Assembly (NCBI GenBank): GCA_001275005.1
Contig: JWZX01002322.1
Coordinates: 1-38,223 of the forward strand
From: Chrysochromulina tobinii
Lineage: Eukaryota
Direction: 5' to 3'
Length of the DNA stretch: 38,223 nt
Positions within the stretch are counted from its first letter, which is position 1; every line of letters starts with the position of its first letter. Shown here piece after piece: positions 27,511 through 38,010 of this stretch. Below the pieces are notes generated by a model that saw only the letters and a program-made list of their open reading frames with translations, was not told where the DNA came from and ran no database searches. Both the position numbers and the translations under genes were made by a program.

Positions 27511-28770
27511 TCAGTCGGCATGCAGCTTGTCGAGAACGGCAGCGGCGGCGGCGGTGTACGATTTGCGCAGCGCAAGCTCGTCGCGCCCGGTCTTGTACAG
27601 GCCATACATCATGAGCTTGACGGCGGCCACGAAGCTCATCTCGCGGAACGGCAGATTGAACTTTTTGGCGAGCGCCTTGCAGTCCCCGCGGATTTGGCGA
27701 AGGTTCTCCATGGGCATCTGAGGCGCCATGTGGTGCTCGATCTGGACGTTGAGGAAGCCCGAGATGTACCCCGCGAACGCCGACGAGCCCGCCCAGTCGA
27801 CGGTGCCGATCATCGACGACTCAAGCCACGTGGCCGTCGAGGGCAGGCGCTCGACAGCAAAGTGCGACAGGCCAAAGAAGAAGCCGAGGTACACGCCCTG
27901 GAAGGCGTACGCGGTGCAGTAGACGGTCAGGGCCTGGCTGAGCGTGCAACCCACCTTGAAGAGACCCGTGATGAAGATCGCGTAGTGGGCGAGCATCAGC
28001 GCCACCTCGTGCCACAGCTGCTTGACCACCGCATACTTACGCACTGTGAACGCGAAGATGAAGACGTAGGCGCCGAGCGCGGGAAGGAAAGTGAATGCTT
28101 GTGTGCGCAGCGACCAATCGGGCACCTGCTTGGCGAGGGTCGTGTCCCACGCAAAGAAGGGCGTCGTGCGCAGGTCGCCGTCCTCGCCGAGCACGTTCGT
28201 CTTCGCGTGGTGCTTGTTGTGGCGGTTGCGCCACCACGAGGCCGAGCCACCCTTGAGCAGGCCCTCGAAAAAGTGCTGCCACACGAGTGACACCTTGCCG
28301 AGCTCGCGGTGACCGCCCATGTGCTGCAGGAAGCCGCAGTGCGCCCACGCGGTGCCGAGAAGGAGGCCGCAGCACACCGGCGCGAGCGGCGCGAACACGA
28401 CCGCCGACACGATCGCCGCCACGACGACCAGGGCATATGAGGTCGAAGCGAGAGGCCGCGGCTCGTAGAGGCCGCGCGCACGCCACGAAGCGAGCATCTC
28501 CGTCATCGCAGTGACGTGCTCCATCGGCTGGGGTGGCATGTCGGGCCGCTCGGGCAGCGTCGGCAGTGAGTTGAGCATCAGCGTCGCCTTCTTGCTGTGG
28601 CCGTGGAAGGCCTCAAAGGCGGTCGTGGCGTCCATGCCGTGGAAGTTATCGAGGATGTTGCCCCCGGGATGACGGAACTCCTTGACATCTACTACACGCC
28701 CATGGATCTGCGTCCAAGGCTTCGCCGCTACCTTTTTCTTTGACTCCTTGGTCTCCATATCCATGCCCAT
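27511..28770 (-). CDS. Cytochrome b5-fused front-end fatty acid desaturase (regiospecificity undetermined), 419 aa
   Basis: HPGG haem motif and DATTAFEAFH; His boxes QHMGGH, HNKHH, QIEHH; multiple hydrophobic segments; intronless. Confidence 0.95.
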   Translation of the reverse strand: MGMDMETKESKKKVAAKPWTQIHGRVVDVKEFRHPGGNILDNFHGMDATTAFEAFHGHSKKATLMLNSLPTLPERPDMPPQPMEHVTAMTEMLASWRARGLYEPRPLASTSYALVVVAAIVSAVVFAPLAPVCCGLLLGTAWAHCGFLQHMGGHRELGKVSLVWQHFFEGLLKGGSASWWRNRHNKHHAKTNVLGEDGDLRTTPFFAWDTTLAKQVPDWSLRTQAFTFLPALGAYVFIFAFTVRKYAVVKQLWHEVALMLAHYAIFITGLFKVGCTLSQALTVYCTAYAFQGVYLGFFFGLSHFAVERLPSTATWLESSMIGTVDWAGSSAFAGYISGFLNVQIEHHMAPQMPMENLRQIRGDCKALAKKFNLPFREMSFVAAVKLMMYGLYKTGRDELALRKSYTAAAAAVLDKLHAD

Positions 28771-29015
28771 GATGCTCAGCGCAGATCGGACGGCGATCTG
28801 ATGCGGATTACGGATTCTCTTTCACATCTCGGAAATCCTGTGAACATTGCCCGCAATGAGTCCCCGAGCAAACGACGACTGTTCCCACCCTCGAGGGCGG
28901 CGAGGTGTTTGATGCGGCGACGTCGAATGAACGCTTACGATGGCGCGCTCCCCCGGGCGCCCGACGCGGCTCTCCTCGCAATGGCGTGGCTGACTCGCCT
29001 CAGAAGGAAACAGGG

Positions 29016-30422
29016 ATGGGAGCTGGCGATGACGTCAAAGGAGCCACACAGGCGCTCGTGGCTTCGTTGATGCTGTCGCAGGTCTCCGAACGCGAACGGG
29101 CGGCCGGCCTAGAATCGCAGCTCGAGAAGCTGCGCAACGCCGAGACACAGCACCGGGCCAAGCAGGAATCATCCGAGGCTAAGCAGGCATCTCTCGAAGC
29201 GGAGCTTCAGGTGCTGCGCGAGCAGAACTTGCAGAAGTGTGACGAACTTGCCGTGCTGCGCGCAGATACTGACCGGCGGCGTGAGAAGGAGCACGCCTTG
29301 GAGCTCACTCTTCTGCATGTGGCCCAGCAGGGCGAGGCGCTCATCGCAGCCGTTTGCTCGCTACTTCTGCAAGCACAGGAGACGGAGGGCGCCGCCCCGC
29401 GGATCGAGACCTCGCATGGCCTCGCAGCGGGCTGCGAACCAGCGCAGGTGATGCGAGCGAACTTCGAAGCAGCCGTTCGCGCTTTCAACGCATCGGTGGC
29501 GCAGACTGAGGACCTGATCGGGAGCGTGCGTGGCCTCGGCGAGCCTCTCGCTGGCTTCCGTGACGCGATACGCACGGCGACGCGGCCGCACCTGTGTGCG
29601 TCTAACGTGGCTCCCTTGGCGAACGGCGCCGCACGAGACAACACCAGTTGTGGCGGGAAAGGCGACGACGGCGTCTCCGATGTCGAGGGTTGCGGCGAGC
29701 AAGGCGACGATGAGGATGAGGACGACGTCTCGGACGTCGCCCCCGCCGCCTCGGACGCCGTCTCGGGCGTGGACTGGCAGGAGCGGCAGAGGCAGCAGCG
29801 GCTTCGAGAGTACGAAGCTGACCTTTGGCATCCCAAGGGCTCTGCCCACCCGCGGCCCTTGCATGCAAACTGTCGGCGGTCCGCACCCTTGCAAGCAAAT
29901 GGTCGGCGGTCCTCAGCCTTGCATGCAAATGGTCGGCGGTCACCACTCTTGCATGCTAATGGTCAGCGGTCCTCACCTGCCACGTCGTCGTCGCCGCAGC
30001 CCGAGTTGCGACCAGCGTGGCAGATGAAGTCGGACAAGGCGGAGGAGCCATCGACTGTGAATGTGAATGTGTCGACTGCTGATCAGGAGGGCGATGAGGA
30101 TGAGGAGGAAGCCGCCGCCCGTGCCTCCCTCGCAGCCCAAGGACTCTCCGGCAACGGCTGGAGTCGGAGGGCGCTAGTGTCGACCATTTTTGAGGTGGTG
30201 GTGCCCTTGGATGCTGCCTCGGGAGACACGCTCTTCGTCGCAGTGCCCGGGGGCGATGAGGTCAAGGTAGTCGTGCCTCCGGGTGTGCCACCCGGCTCGG
30301 TGCTCACGTGCTCTGCATGCACCAGCGGCAGCAATGGCAGCAATAGGAATAGCGGCAGCAGTGCGGCGGCGGAGACCGCGGTGGCACGGCTCAGCGAGTT
30401 GAGGAGATGGCGCATGGGATGA
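29016..30422 (+). CDS. Coiled-coil/low-complexity protein of unknown function (468 aa)
   Basis: First ATG in ORF 28905..30422. N-terminal heptads, acidic linker, 10-aa repeats, and a C-terminal VVVP..SG..LFV..PGG....VVVPPGVPPG module. Confidence 0.6.
   Translation: MGAGDDVKGATQALVASLMLSQVSERERAAGLESQLEKLRNAETQHRAKQESSEAKQASLEAELQVLREQNLQKCDELAVLRADTDRRREKEHALELTLLHVAQQGEALIAAVCSLLLQAQETEGAAPRIETSHGLAAGCEPAQVMRANFEAAVRAFNASVAQTEDLIGSVRGLGEPLAGFRDAIRTATRPHLCASNVAPLANGAARDNTSCGGKGDDGVSDVEGCGEQGDDEDEDDVSDVAPAASDAVSGVDWQERQRQQRLREYEADLWHPKGSAHPRPLHANCRRSAPLQANGRRSSALHANGRRSPLLHANGQRSSPATSSSPQPELRPAWQMKSDKAEEPSTVNVNVSTADQEGDEDEEEAAARASLAAQGLSGNGWSRRALVSTIFEVVVPLDAASGDTLFVAVPGGDEVKVVVPPGVPPGSVLTCSACTSGSNGSNRNSGSSAAAETAVARLSELRRWRMG
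29856..29975. repeat. 30-nt degenerate tandem repeat x4 (LHANGRRSxx)
   Basis: Units start at 29856, 29886, 29916, 29946; consensus cttgcatgcaaatggtcggcggtc. Confidence 0.9.
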
Positions 30423-31010
30423 TCTGCCTTCGGGAGACACCACGCGGAGATCAACGCACAACGGAGTTCCCCACTCGCGACGTGAGGGCACGTGGGTGTG
30501 CGAGATTCATGCGAGATGTGGGTTTGACGGGGGGATGTTCGGTGCGCGTCGTCGGGTTGCGCATAGGTCTGCGGCACCACTGTCTCGTCTCTCGTGCATC
30601 ATGTCTCGTGTGTCCTCGTCGTGTGAGGGGGGCTCATGCGACGATCGTGGGGACCACGCGTGCGTGTGGGTGTGCGGAGCGCCGGCCGTCGCGTCTCGCG
30701 ACGCCTCGCGCTTGAAGGCCAAGCCTGCCCCTATGTGCGCACATTATGTGGTGTGGGCAGACGATAGACAGAAGTATTAGTACGTCGGTGAGCGAAAGCC
30801 GAAACGTATACACTGGTAAACGCAGAATAATCTCCGTCAGCTCTCTGAGGCGTACTAAGAGCAGTTCCGGCATCGATAAAATCAACTGCTGGTCTCGCGG
30901 GTGCTCAATGGTGCGTGGCTCAGGTTAATCAATGCATGCCGTTCCGTTGCGGTTTCACAAAACTCAAAAAGCCATCTGTCCCGTTTCAAGTCCAACCCTC
31001 TTCCATTGCT

Positions 31011-32302
31011 ATGGACCCTCTCGCAATACGCCAAGCCATCCACGATGCCGCATCGAAAATGCGGGGCGCCTTCCTCCGTGAGGACCCACAGGTACAGCTG
31101 CTTTGCGCCTCGAGTCAGCCCCCATCACCACATGGACATGCACACTCGACTGAGCCCTTGAGCAGCGTCGATGAGGCTCGGCTCGTGGCCTGAGCCTTGC
31201 CGTGACACTCGCTGTCAAATGTGATGCGCAGATGAGTGGCTACCTCGCGCCGTTCAAGGTGGCCGGATGCTTCAAGGTCGCAGGCCTCACGTTCACGGAT
31301 CCAAACGCTGTCGTCACTCAGTTCACCATCGGCGGGCGCTTCAACTGGTTTCTATTCTGCGACGCAATCGAGAAGAAGACTCAAAAGTACAGCACACTGT
31401 CGCGAACGCCGACGTCGTTCCCCTACAACGCGAGTGTGTCGTCGTTGCCTCCGCTGCTGCGAGTCGCGACATCATCAGGCTCGCTTCGTGGCGCCATGCC
31501 CGGCATGTCGATCTCCTCCAGTCAGCAGTCATTGCTGCTTCGTCCGCCACATCCGCAGGGCTTCCGAATCCCCCCGGGCTTCCACGGGCCGCCGCCACCG
31601 CGGGGCTTCAGCAGCAACATGAAATCGTCGGCAAGCGTTGGGTTGCTCATGGCTAAGCAGGGTCAGCGCGCCTCGCGCGTTCGCCAGATCTTTACAGCAG
31701 CTGACCTGCGAGCCACCGAGTTCCAGCAGCTCACACAGACCAAGCTCGAAGCCTCGACGATGCGCGCGCAGTCGAGCCGCTCGCTGCACCAGGCCGAGCA
31801 GTACTCGGACCCGGCGGAGGAGATGGGCGGCCACTACGACGCCGCCGCGTATGCCGAGCCCGAGGTTGTGCACGAGCCCGCGGCGAAGCCAAAGCCCGAC
31901 AAGGCGAAGCTCAAGAAGTCGGGGTTTGTGCAATCCGCGTCGAACGCGCTCAACAGCCGCTTCTCGGACATGTTCAAGGCGTTCCAGTACGTCGACCTCG
32001 ACCGCTCGGGTACCCTCGACAAGAAGGAGATTGCGCGAGCGCTTGATCTGTGGAACATCCCGATCGACCACGACAAGCTCGACGACCTGATCGCCGCATG
32101 CGACAGTGACGGCGACGGCCAGGTGGACTACAAGGAGTTCGTGGACGTGCTCGCGCGCGACACGGTCGCGAGCGCGGCGATGGGCAAGCGCGACATGCAG
32201 GCCCAGGAGGCCATGGGCGTCGCCGACCTCGACCCCGAGTTCCTCGGGCACAAGAAGATCAAGAACGCCAGGGCGTCGATCAACAATATGACCTTCGATT
32301 GA
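31011..32302 (+). CDS. EF-hand calcium-binding protein; exons 31011-31091, 31232-32302 (383 aa)
   Basis: Canonical C-terminal EF-hands DLDRSGTLDKKE and DSDGDGQVDYKE. A 140-nt phase-0 intron (CAG|GTACAG...GCGCAG|ATG) joins a degenerate N-terminal EF-like segment AFLREDPQ|MSGYL...GRFNWFLFCDAIE. Confidence 0.85.
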
Positions 32303-33260
32303 AGAGTAACATCTCTCGAAGCTACGCAGTAGAGGGTCGAGCCGAGGCACGCGGCGGCCTAACATGTTGAATCTTGCATGCGTGCACACACGATGCACAC
32401 GCAGCAGCAGCGCTCGCGCTCGAGAGCTTACGAGAGCTGGCAAGGGAGCAAGGCGCCGCGTTTGCGTGCTTAATTGCATGCGCACGTCTTCAAACCGCGT
32501 AGCGCGGTCGACTCACGCATAAGGCGGTCACTTATGTTGGGTGTATGTGGGATGTTGAGCCGGATGATCAAGCGGGGTGTTGGGTGGTCGAGAAGGCCCC
32601 CAATGCATGTGGGGTCGAGAGATGCGGGACTGGCGGCCGCGAGTTCTGAATCCGATGTGCATCGGCATGCCGGATACGCACGCATACGCAGGTGGTGTGG
32701 GTCGGAAGATGTGTGCAGTGTGGGGCTGCGGGATGGGAGGGCCAGGCCCAAGCTCGCCTCCGGGCCGCCATCCTCATCGCGCGCGTCCCGTCTGGGGGTG
32801 TTCGTCGTGATCCGACATTGTCATTCCTTTGACATATCATCCGTTTCATACACACATACCGGGGTGGCTCTGCGCGGGATTAACACATTAAAACTACATC
32901 GCCGGACTTCAACGACGCAGAAAATACACACAACCGGGAAATAACGCAATCGCAAATCCACTATATTTCGATACTTAACGGGAGACGGCACTCCTTGGCA
33001 TTCCACCTTTGTCGTCGCACTCGGTTCGCGGTATTGGCTCGGGAGAGGGGGCGAGATCATGCTAGCTTAGCCGCACACCTCTGAGGACACCGCAACCGCG
33101 CGTCCATCATGCATCAAGCATCATGTGGCATTCGATGTGCGCGCCGGCAAACAGACCAAGGCAAGTCCACGTCATCGCATAGCATCACTACACTACACTC
33201 GTTGCAGCCGGCACGGCCTCCTGCGCGCCTGTGCAACGGGATCATCTCAAGCTGAGGCCC

Positions 33261-33405
33261 CACAGAGCCCAAAACGACGCTGGGGGGCCACAGAGCCCAA
33301 TACGACGCTGGAGGGCCACATAGCCCAATACGACGCTGGGGGCGCACAGAGCTCAAAACGACGCTGGGGGGGCACAGAGCTCAATACGACGCTGGGGCCA
33401 CAGAG
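33261..33405. repeat. 28-nt minisatellite x5 downstream of DP stop codon
   Basis: cacagagcccaa(a/t)acgacgctggggggc units start at 33261, 33289, 33317, 33345, 33373, partial at 33399. Confidence 0.92.
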
Positions 33406-33460
33406 GCGGCCTTACTCGTCGTCACGTAGATTGGCCCTTCGGCACGGCACTTGGCCGCCA

Positions 33461-34955
33461 CTATCTGCGCCCGTTGGCGCCACGCCCAGCGGCGGCGGCG
33501 GCCGGCGGGTCCGTGACGAGCGATGAGTCGCGCGCGAATTGGACCAAATTCGGCGGCACGAGCGCGGTGAGCTGATCCGAGGCGCAGCGCTGCATGTGCA
33601 TGCGCTTGAGGGTCTCCGAGTCATCGTGGATCTCGAAGGGGGCAGAGAAGTTGAAAAAGATCTCCTGCTTGTCCTCGGCCATCTCGCAGTCGACCACCGT
33701 CTCCTTTTTCGTGTTGACCACGATGAAGGGCAGCGCTATCTGCGAGTCGGCGGGCGGAAGCGGCCGGCCGGCGGCCTCATTGGCGCGATTGCGCGCGATG
33801 AGCTGCTTAAAGGAGATCTGCTGCTGCACGAGGTCCTGCAGGTGCAACCGTTTACGCTCCATGCGCTCCCCGCGCGAGTTGAGGTCCATCTGGAGCCGCG
33901 CGTGCTCCTGCTCCGTGTTCGAGGGCAGCCCTCGCCACAGAATGGACTTTTTCTCCTTGTAAATGATCTCCATCGCCATGAGCACGTTGAGCGCATCATA
34001 CACGCGCCTGCGCGCACGGCATCGCAGACCGTCAGGTGTGCATCCTCGCGCACGGCGTCCGCAGGCGCAGCGCGCGCAAGGGTGCACATGCCCGAGGGGG
34101 AGAGTGCGTGCATGTGCGAAGCGGCGCGGCGGCCGAGGAGCTAACTGGAAGGGAGGAGCCAACGGTGCGCGAACAGTGCGTGCGGTGGGGCCCGGACCGT
34201 CGTATATTCTTCTCGTCGTAGGCCTGGTCAAGCGGCGATGTGCCCTCTGCCGCCATGTTCGCAAACTCCATCACCAGCTCGTCCGCCACCTCATTGTACG
34301 TCGTCCGCCCCTTTTGCTCCACCTTTTCGCACACCTTCATCGAGAAGTGGCGCAGGCCCTTGTCGCCCTGCTTGCCGCCGTGCGCACGCTGCACGCGCTT
34401 CTTCTTGGAGGCGGAATCTGTGCGTGTCACGTGCAGCATCAGTGGAACAGACAGGTCACGCATTCCCCCTATACCCATCCCCACCCTGAGTGATCAGATC
34501 GCTTGGGCTCATGGCATGGCGGCGTTGCGGCGTGCAACCCGCCCGAGCGTTTGCAGAGCTGCGCACCTCCAGCAGAGAGTGTCGCGGCGAGTTCCGCGGG
34601 GATGGACGGTCCACTCGACGAGCAATGCGGCATGTGCACGCGGGTCGGCGACGCTGCCCCGGCATAACTCCCTTGCCCATCAGATTCCTACGGGCAACAC
34701 AACGCGCGTGGGGGCCATGGGCAAACCTCTCAACGTTGCGCCGCAAGGAAATGCCCCTGCCAATAGCGACCGCAGTGCCGAGGTGGGCGTGAGGAATCAA
34801 CCGCGCGTCGGCAGCGCGACGCGCACCGCCATCGTTGATTGGCCACCATGCCCCACGTCGACTCCAAGTTCGATGCCCACGTCCTTGGCAAGGTCACCCA
34901 GGCCCAAACCCTCGATGGTGGAGTTAAATTCGTCGAAGAGGTGCACCGACGTCAT
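33461..34955 (-). CDS. DP: Transcription factor DP (E2F dimerisation partner); exons 34955-34827, 34687-34567, 34417-34198, 34007-33461 (338 aa)
   Basis: [28 protein letters not shown]; splicing of 34197-34008 restores [21 protein letters not shown] coiled-coil/marked box [10 protein letters not shown]...FEIHDD. The two 5' exons are inferred from GTGCGC donors and phase match. Confidence 0.95.
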
Positions 34956-35575
34956 GCCCGCCCCGGGGATAAACCTCTCCCTCCCCCTTTGGAGGGGGCA
35001 GCCGCGGGCGCGCGGCGGGCTGTCGGCGTGGACCCTGAGGGACTTGTAGGCGCCAAGCAATCCCGAGCCAGACGTTCGGGGGTTTCGGGATTCCAGGAAT
35101 TGTGTGCGCGCGTGAGACTGTGTGGTTACGAGGTCTTGTACAATATACATGCCTTAGTAACGAGGACCCTCGTGAGTTCGGCCTTTCCAACGAGCCTGGT
35201 AACGAGACTCGTAATTAAGCTACGAGCCCAACCCTAGTAACAACCCTCGTTATCAGCATGATTTTTTTGCAGTGCATCGTTACGTCGTCCAAGATATTGC
35301 ACATCGAGCAGCTCTCTGAGTCGATGATGTAAACAGCCGGGTCACAGCCCACACGGTGCTGTGCGGCCGGGACCGCGTGTCGTCCTTGTGACGATGCAGC
35401 CCGGGCGGGTGACCCGTGTGCGACTGAGGCAGCTGCGAGGCACGCATCCGCGCTTCCGTTCAAATACGAGCTGCGGCGTGAAAAGTGCGTGAGGCCGTGA
35501 CGTGGGTCGTGTTACCGGGGAGAAAAGACCCACCCGCGGGTGTTCACAACTACTTCGCTTACGAACTGCAGTGAG

Positions 35576-38010
35576 TCAGTCCGCCTCTAGCTCTACGTCG
35601 ATGGCCACCAAGCGCGCCTCCGCGTCGCGCTGAGCCCTCGTCCGCTCGCCAAGGCACACTGGCTCGTCAGAAAGTAGCCCTGCCCAGACGCCACCGCTCA
35701 CAAAGCTGCACGCGAGGGCGGGGCGGGGCGGATGCATCACTGCCTGTTGCTGCTCCTCCACAGCCTGCTGCCCGCTGTCCGCTGAGTCCAGCTCCCGCTT
35801 GGCTCGCGTGGGCAGCTCCGCCCCGACGCCAAGCAGCGGGTAGAACTGGCGCTCACCCAGAAAATGTTCGTTACGTAAGGCCACAGGCTCCCGTATGCCT
35901 TGGCCGGTCTTTCCAAGGCCTTGACCCTCCACATGGCCCATGCACCTCATCAAGGCGAGGGGTATTTGCAAAGGAGGCCTCGGTGGCAGAGGTGCCTGGC
36001 CGTGGAGCCCCCGGAGCGCGTGCTGAGCATAGCCAACGGCAAGCTTGTGCTCCATGTAGGGGTCGTCCCGAGCAATCTGGCCCGCCCACCCCGCACGGCC
36101 CTCGGCCACATGCAGCGCTCTCACCGCTCGAGCTTCGGCACCGCCCTCGAGCGTGTATGCCCCCATTCGTCGGTAGAAGCACTCGGCGTCTTGCCAGCTG
36201 CGCCACTGGCGATGGCGCAGGTTGCACCCGCCCATCTTGAGGCAGCCCTGTCCTCGGTCGCACCAGCGGACCGCATTGGGCGCCGCGTGCGTCCCGTGCT
36301 CGCACTGCCCCCTGGCGTTCAGGGCGCTGAGGCAGCCCCTCTCGCTTCCAAAGTACTTGCAAGATGAGCCCTCCGCAGAGGCTAAGCCAATAGGATCGAG
36401 CAGCGCATCCTCGGGTATTGGGTACCTGTCGTCGGGCGGATCAGCCCATGGAAGGCTCGCCTCGCACCGTCCAGCGTCCTCGGCCTCCTTAAGCCGGTGC
36501 TGCACCTGGAAGTGCCGGTAATTGAGCGGCGCCCCCTCCGGAGGGCCTGAACTGACGCGCAAGGCAAGCCAGCCCTGGGCCGTCAGAGGGCCGACGGCCC
36601 GTGGGCGTTCAAACGTGCTCACTTGGCGATCAAAGCGATGGGCGTAGTAGGGCTTGCCGATAGTAGTGCTGATGCACACAGCCCAGATCTCGGACAAGTA
36701 TGACGGCAGCCGCGCCTGGAGCGGCACAGAGGAGGACGCTGGCGCCGTGACGGGCGCCCGCTGCACGTCACGAGGAGTCGGCGAGGTACCTGGAGCTGCC
36801 CTTGAGCTCAGGGACCAGTCCAGCATGATCGTCGATCGCTTTCCGGTGGCTACCAAATTAGGAGTCGACGACGCCGGGAGTGCTGGCGGCGCCTGAAGCG
36901 GCGGAGGAGGCGCCTGACACGGTGGAGGCGGTGCAGGCGGTGCATGCAGAGAGGGTGCAGGTGCAGGTGGCCAGTGAGGGGGCGGCGGCGGTGCCTTGAA
37001 GGTCGACTCTCCCGTCTCTGGATTGAAAAAGTAGACACGTTCCTTGGAGCCGGAGACGCGAGCTAGCCATGGGCATGGCAGCATGGCTTGCACACTCTGC
37101 CGCTCCACCTCCAGCTGCCGAGCTGCCGCAGCCCTTGCAGCAGCCCGTGACGCCATCGCCTCTGCGGCCAGAAGCTCATCGCGCTCGTCGTCCGATTGCG
37201 CCTTGATGGCGGCTTCCGCCGCCCTGCCTGCCTCCACCCGCGTCGGCTCAGGCTCCAATCTCGTTGTACGAGGACGGCGCCATGCCGGGCGCGCCGATGA
37301 TGTATCCGCCCGGCCTACCGCCGCCTCCGCCGCCCTGCCTGGCTCCGGCGCCTCTTCTGCCGCCGCCCTGCCCACCTCCAGCGCCTCCGCCTCCGCCGCC
37401 CCGTCCGCCGGTGCCTCCGACTCCGCCTTCAGCTTCGAAACTTCCGAAGATGCTGCCAAAGCAGCCTCTGCATCGGCGTCAGCCTCCGCTGCCTCCTTCT
37501 CAGAGTCTCTGCAGCTTTGTAATTCGGAGCTGGGCTATCATCCTCTAGCGTGACTTTTGATGTATCAGCCTTGCTCCTTGTGCGTTGTTGCTTCTGTTGC
37601 TGGTGTTGCTGAGGCGTCAACTCCGTCAGTGCAGCCTTTCGCTTCGCAACGGGCGCGGAAGGTAAAGAATCTGCTGCCTGGGATTGTGCTTCGAGCAGCT
37701 TGATGTGCTTCCTTAGAACGCGCGCCTCGAAATCACCATCATCGTAATCTATGTCATACCGCTCATCTTCGTGGCAGGAGACCACGGTGCCCTCAAACCA
37801 GCCTGTCCCACCTCGGGCTGCATGGAATTTCGCCTCTACACGCGTGCCAATTCTTAGAGGTGCGTCGAAGTGCGGTGCGCCCCCGGGAGCATGCTCGTCG
37901 GGAAGAGCTGCGAGCGCTTCGGCACCGCGGCTTCGGCGGCCTTGTACCAGTGCGAACTTTGAGCGTCGAGGGAAGGCCTTTGACGAAGTCCGAACGCCGA
38001 AACTATTCAT
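35576..38010 (-). CDS. Tudor-like / WW / WW / CCCH zinc finger / G-patch protein (~811 aa) interrupted by an apparent 1-nt frameshift near 37501
   Basis: ORF 38010-37429 carries a Tudor-like domain (GTRVEAKF..WFEGTVV..YDIDYDDGDFE). ORF 37459-35576 carries WW-like LPCPW..VYFFNPETGESTFKAP, a second WW-like segment, two Cys/His fingers and G-patch LMRCMGHVEGQGLGKTGQGIREPV. The frames join as KAAETL-EKEAAEAD if one G is missing. Confidence 0.7.

Noticed and set aside
32474..33060. ORFs in the gap between the EF-hand and DP genes
   Set aside because: No coding-like codon bias or motifs; treated as intergenic/UTR.
33261..33405. CRISPR array
   Set aside because: Units are contiguous with no unique spacers, there are no cas genes, and the context is eukaryotic.
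26338..34826. SAP, EF-hand and DP introns as members of the cassette family
   Set aside because: They lack the cassette and any exon duplication; they are ordinary unique-sequence introns.
37499..37554. Short intron repairing the frameshift
   Set aside because: Donor AAA|GTCACG to the CAG at 37509 leads straight to a stop. The only in-phase alternative uses a weak GAG acceptor with no pyrimidine tract.
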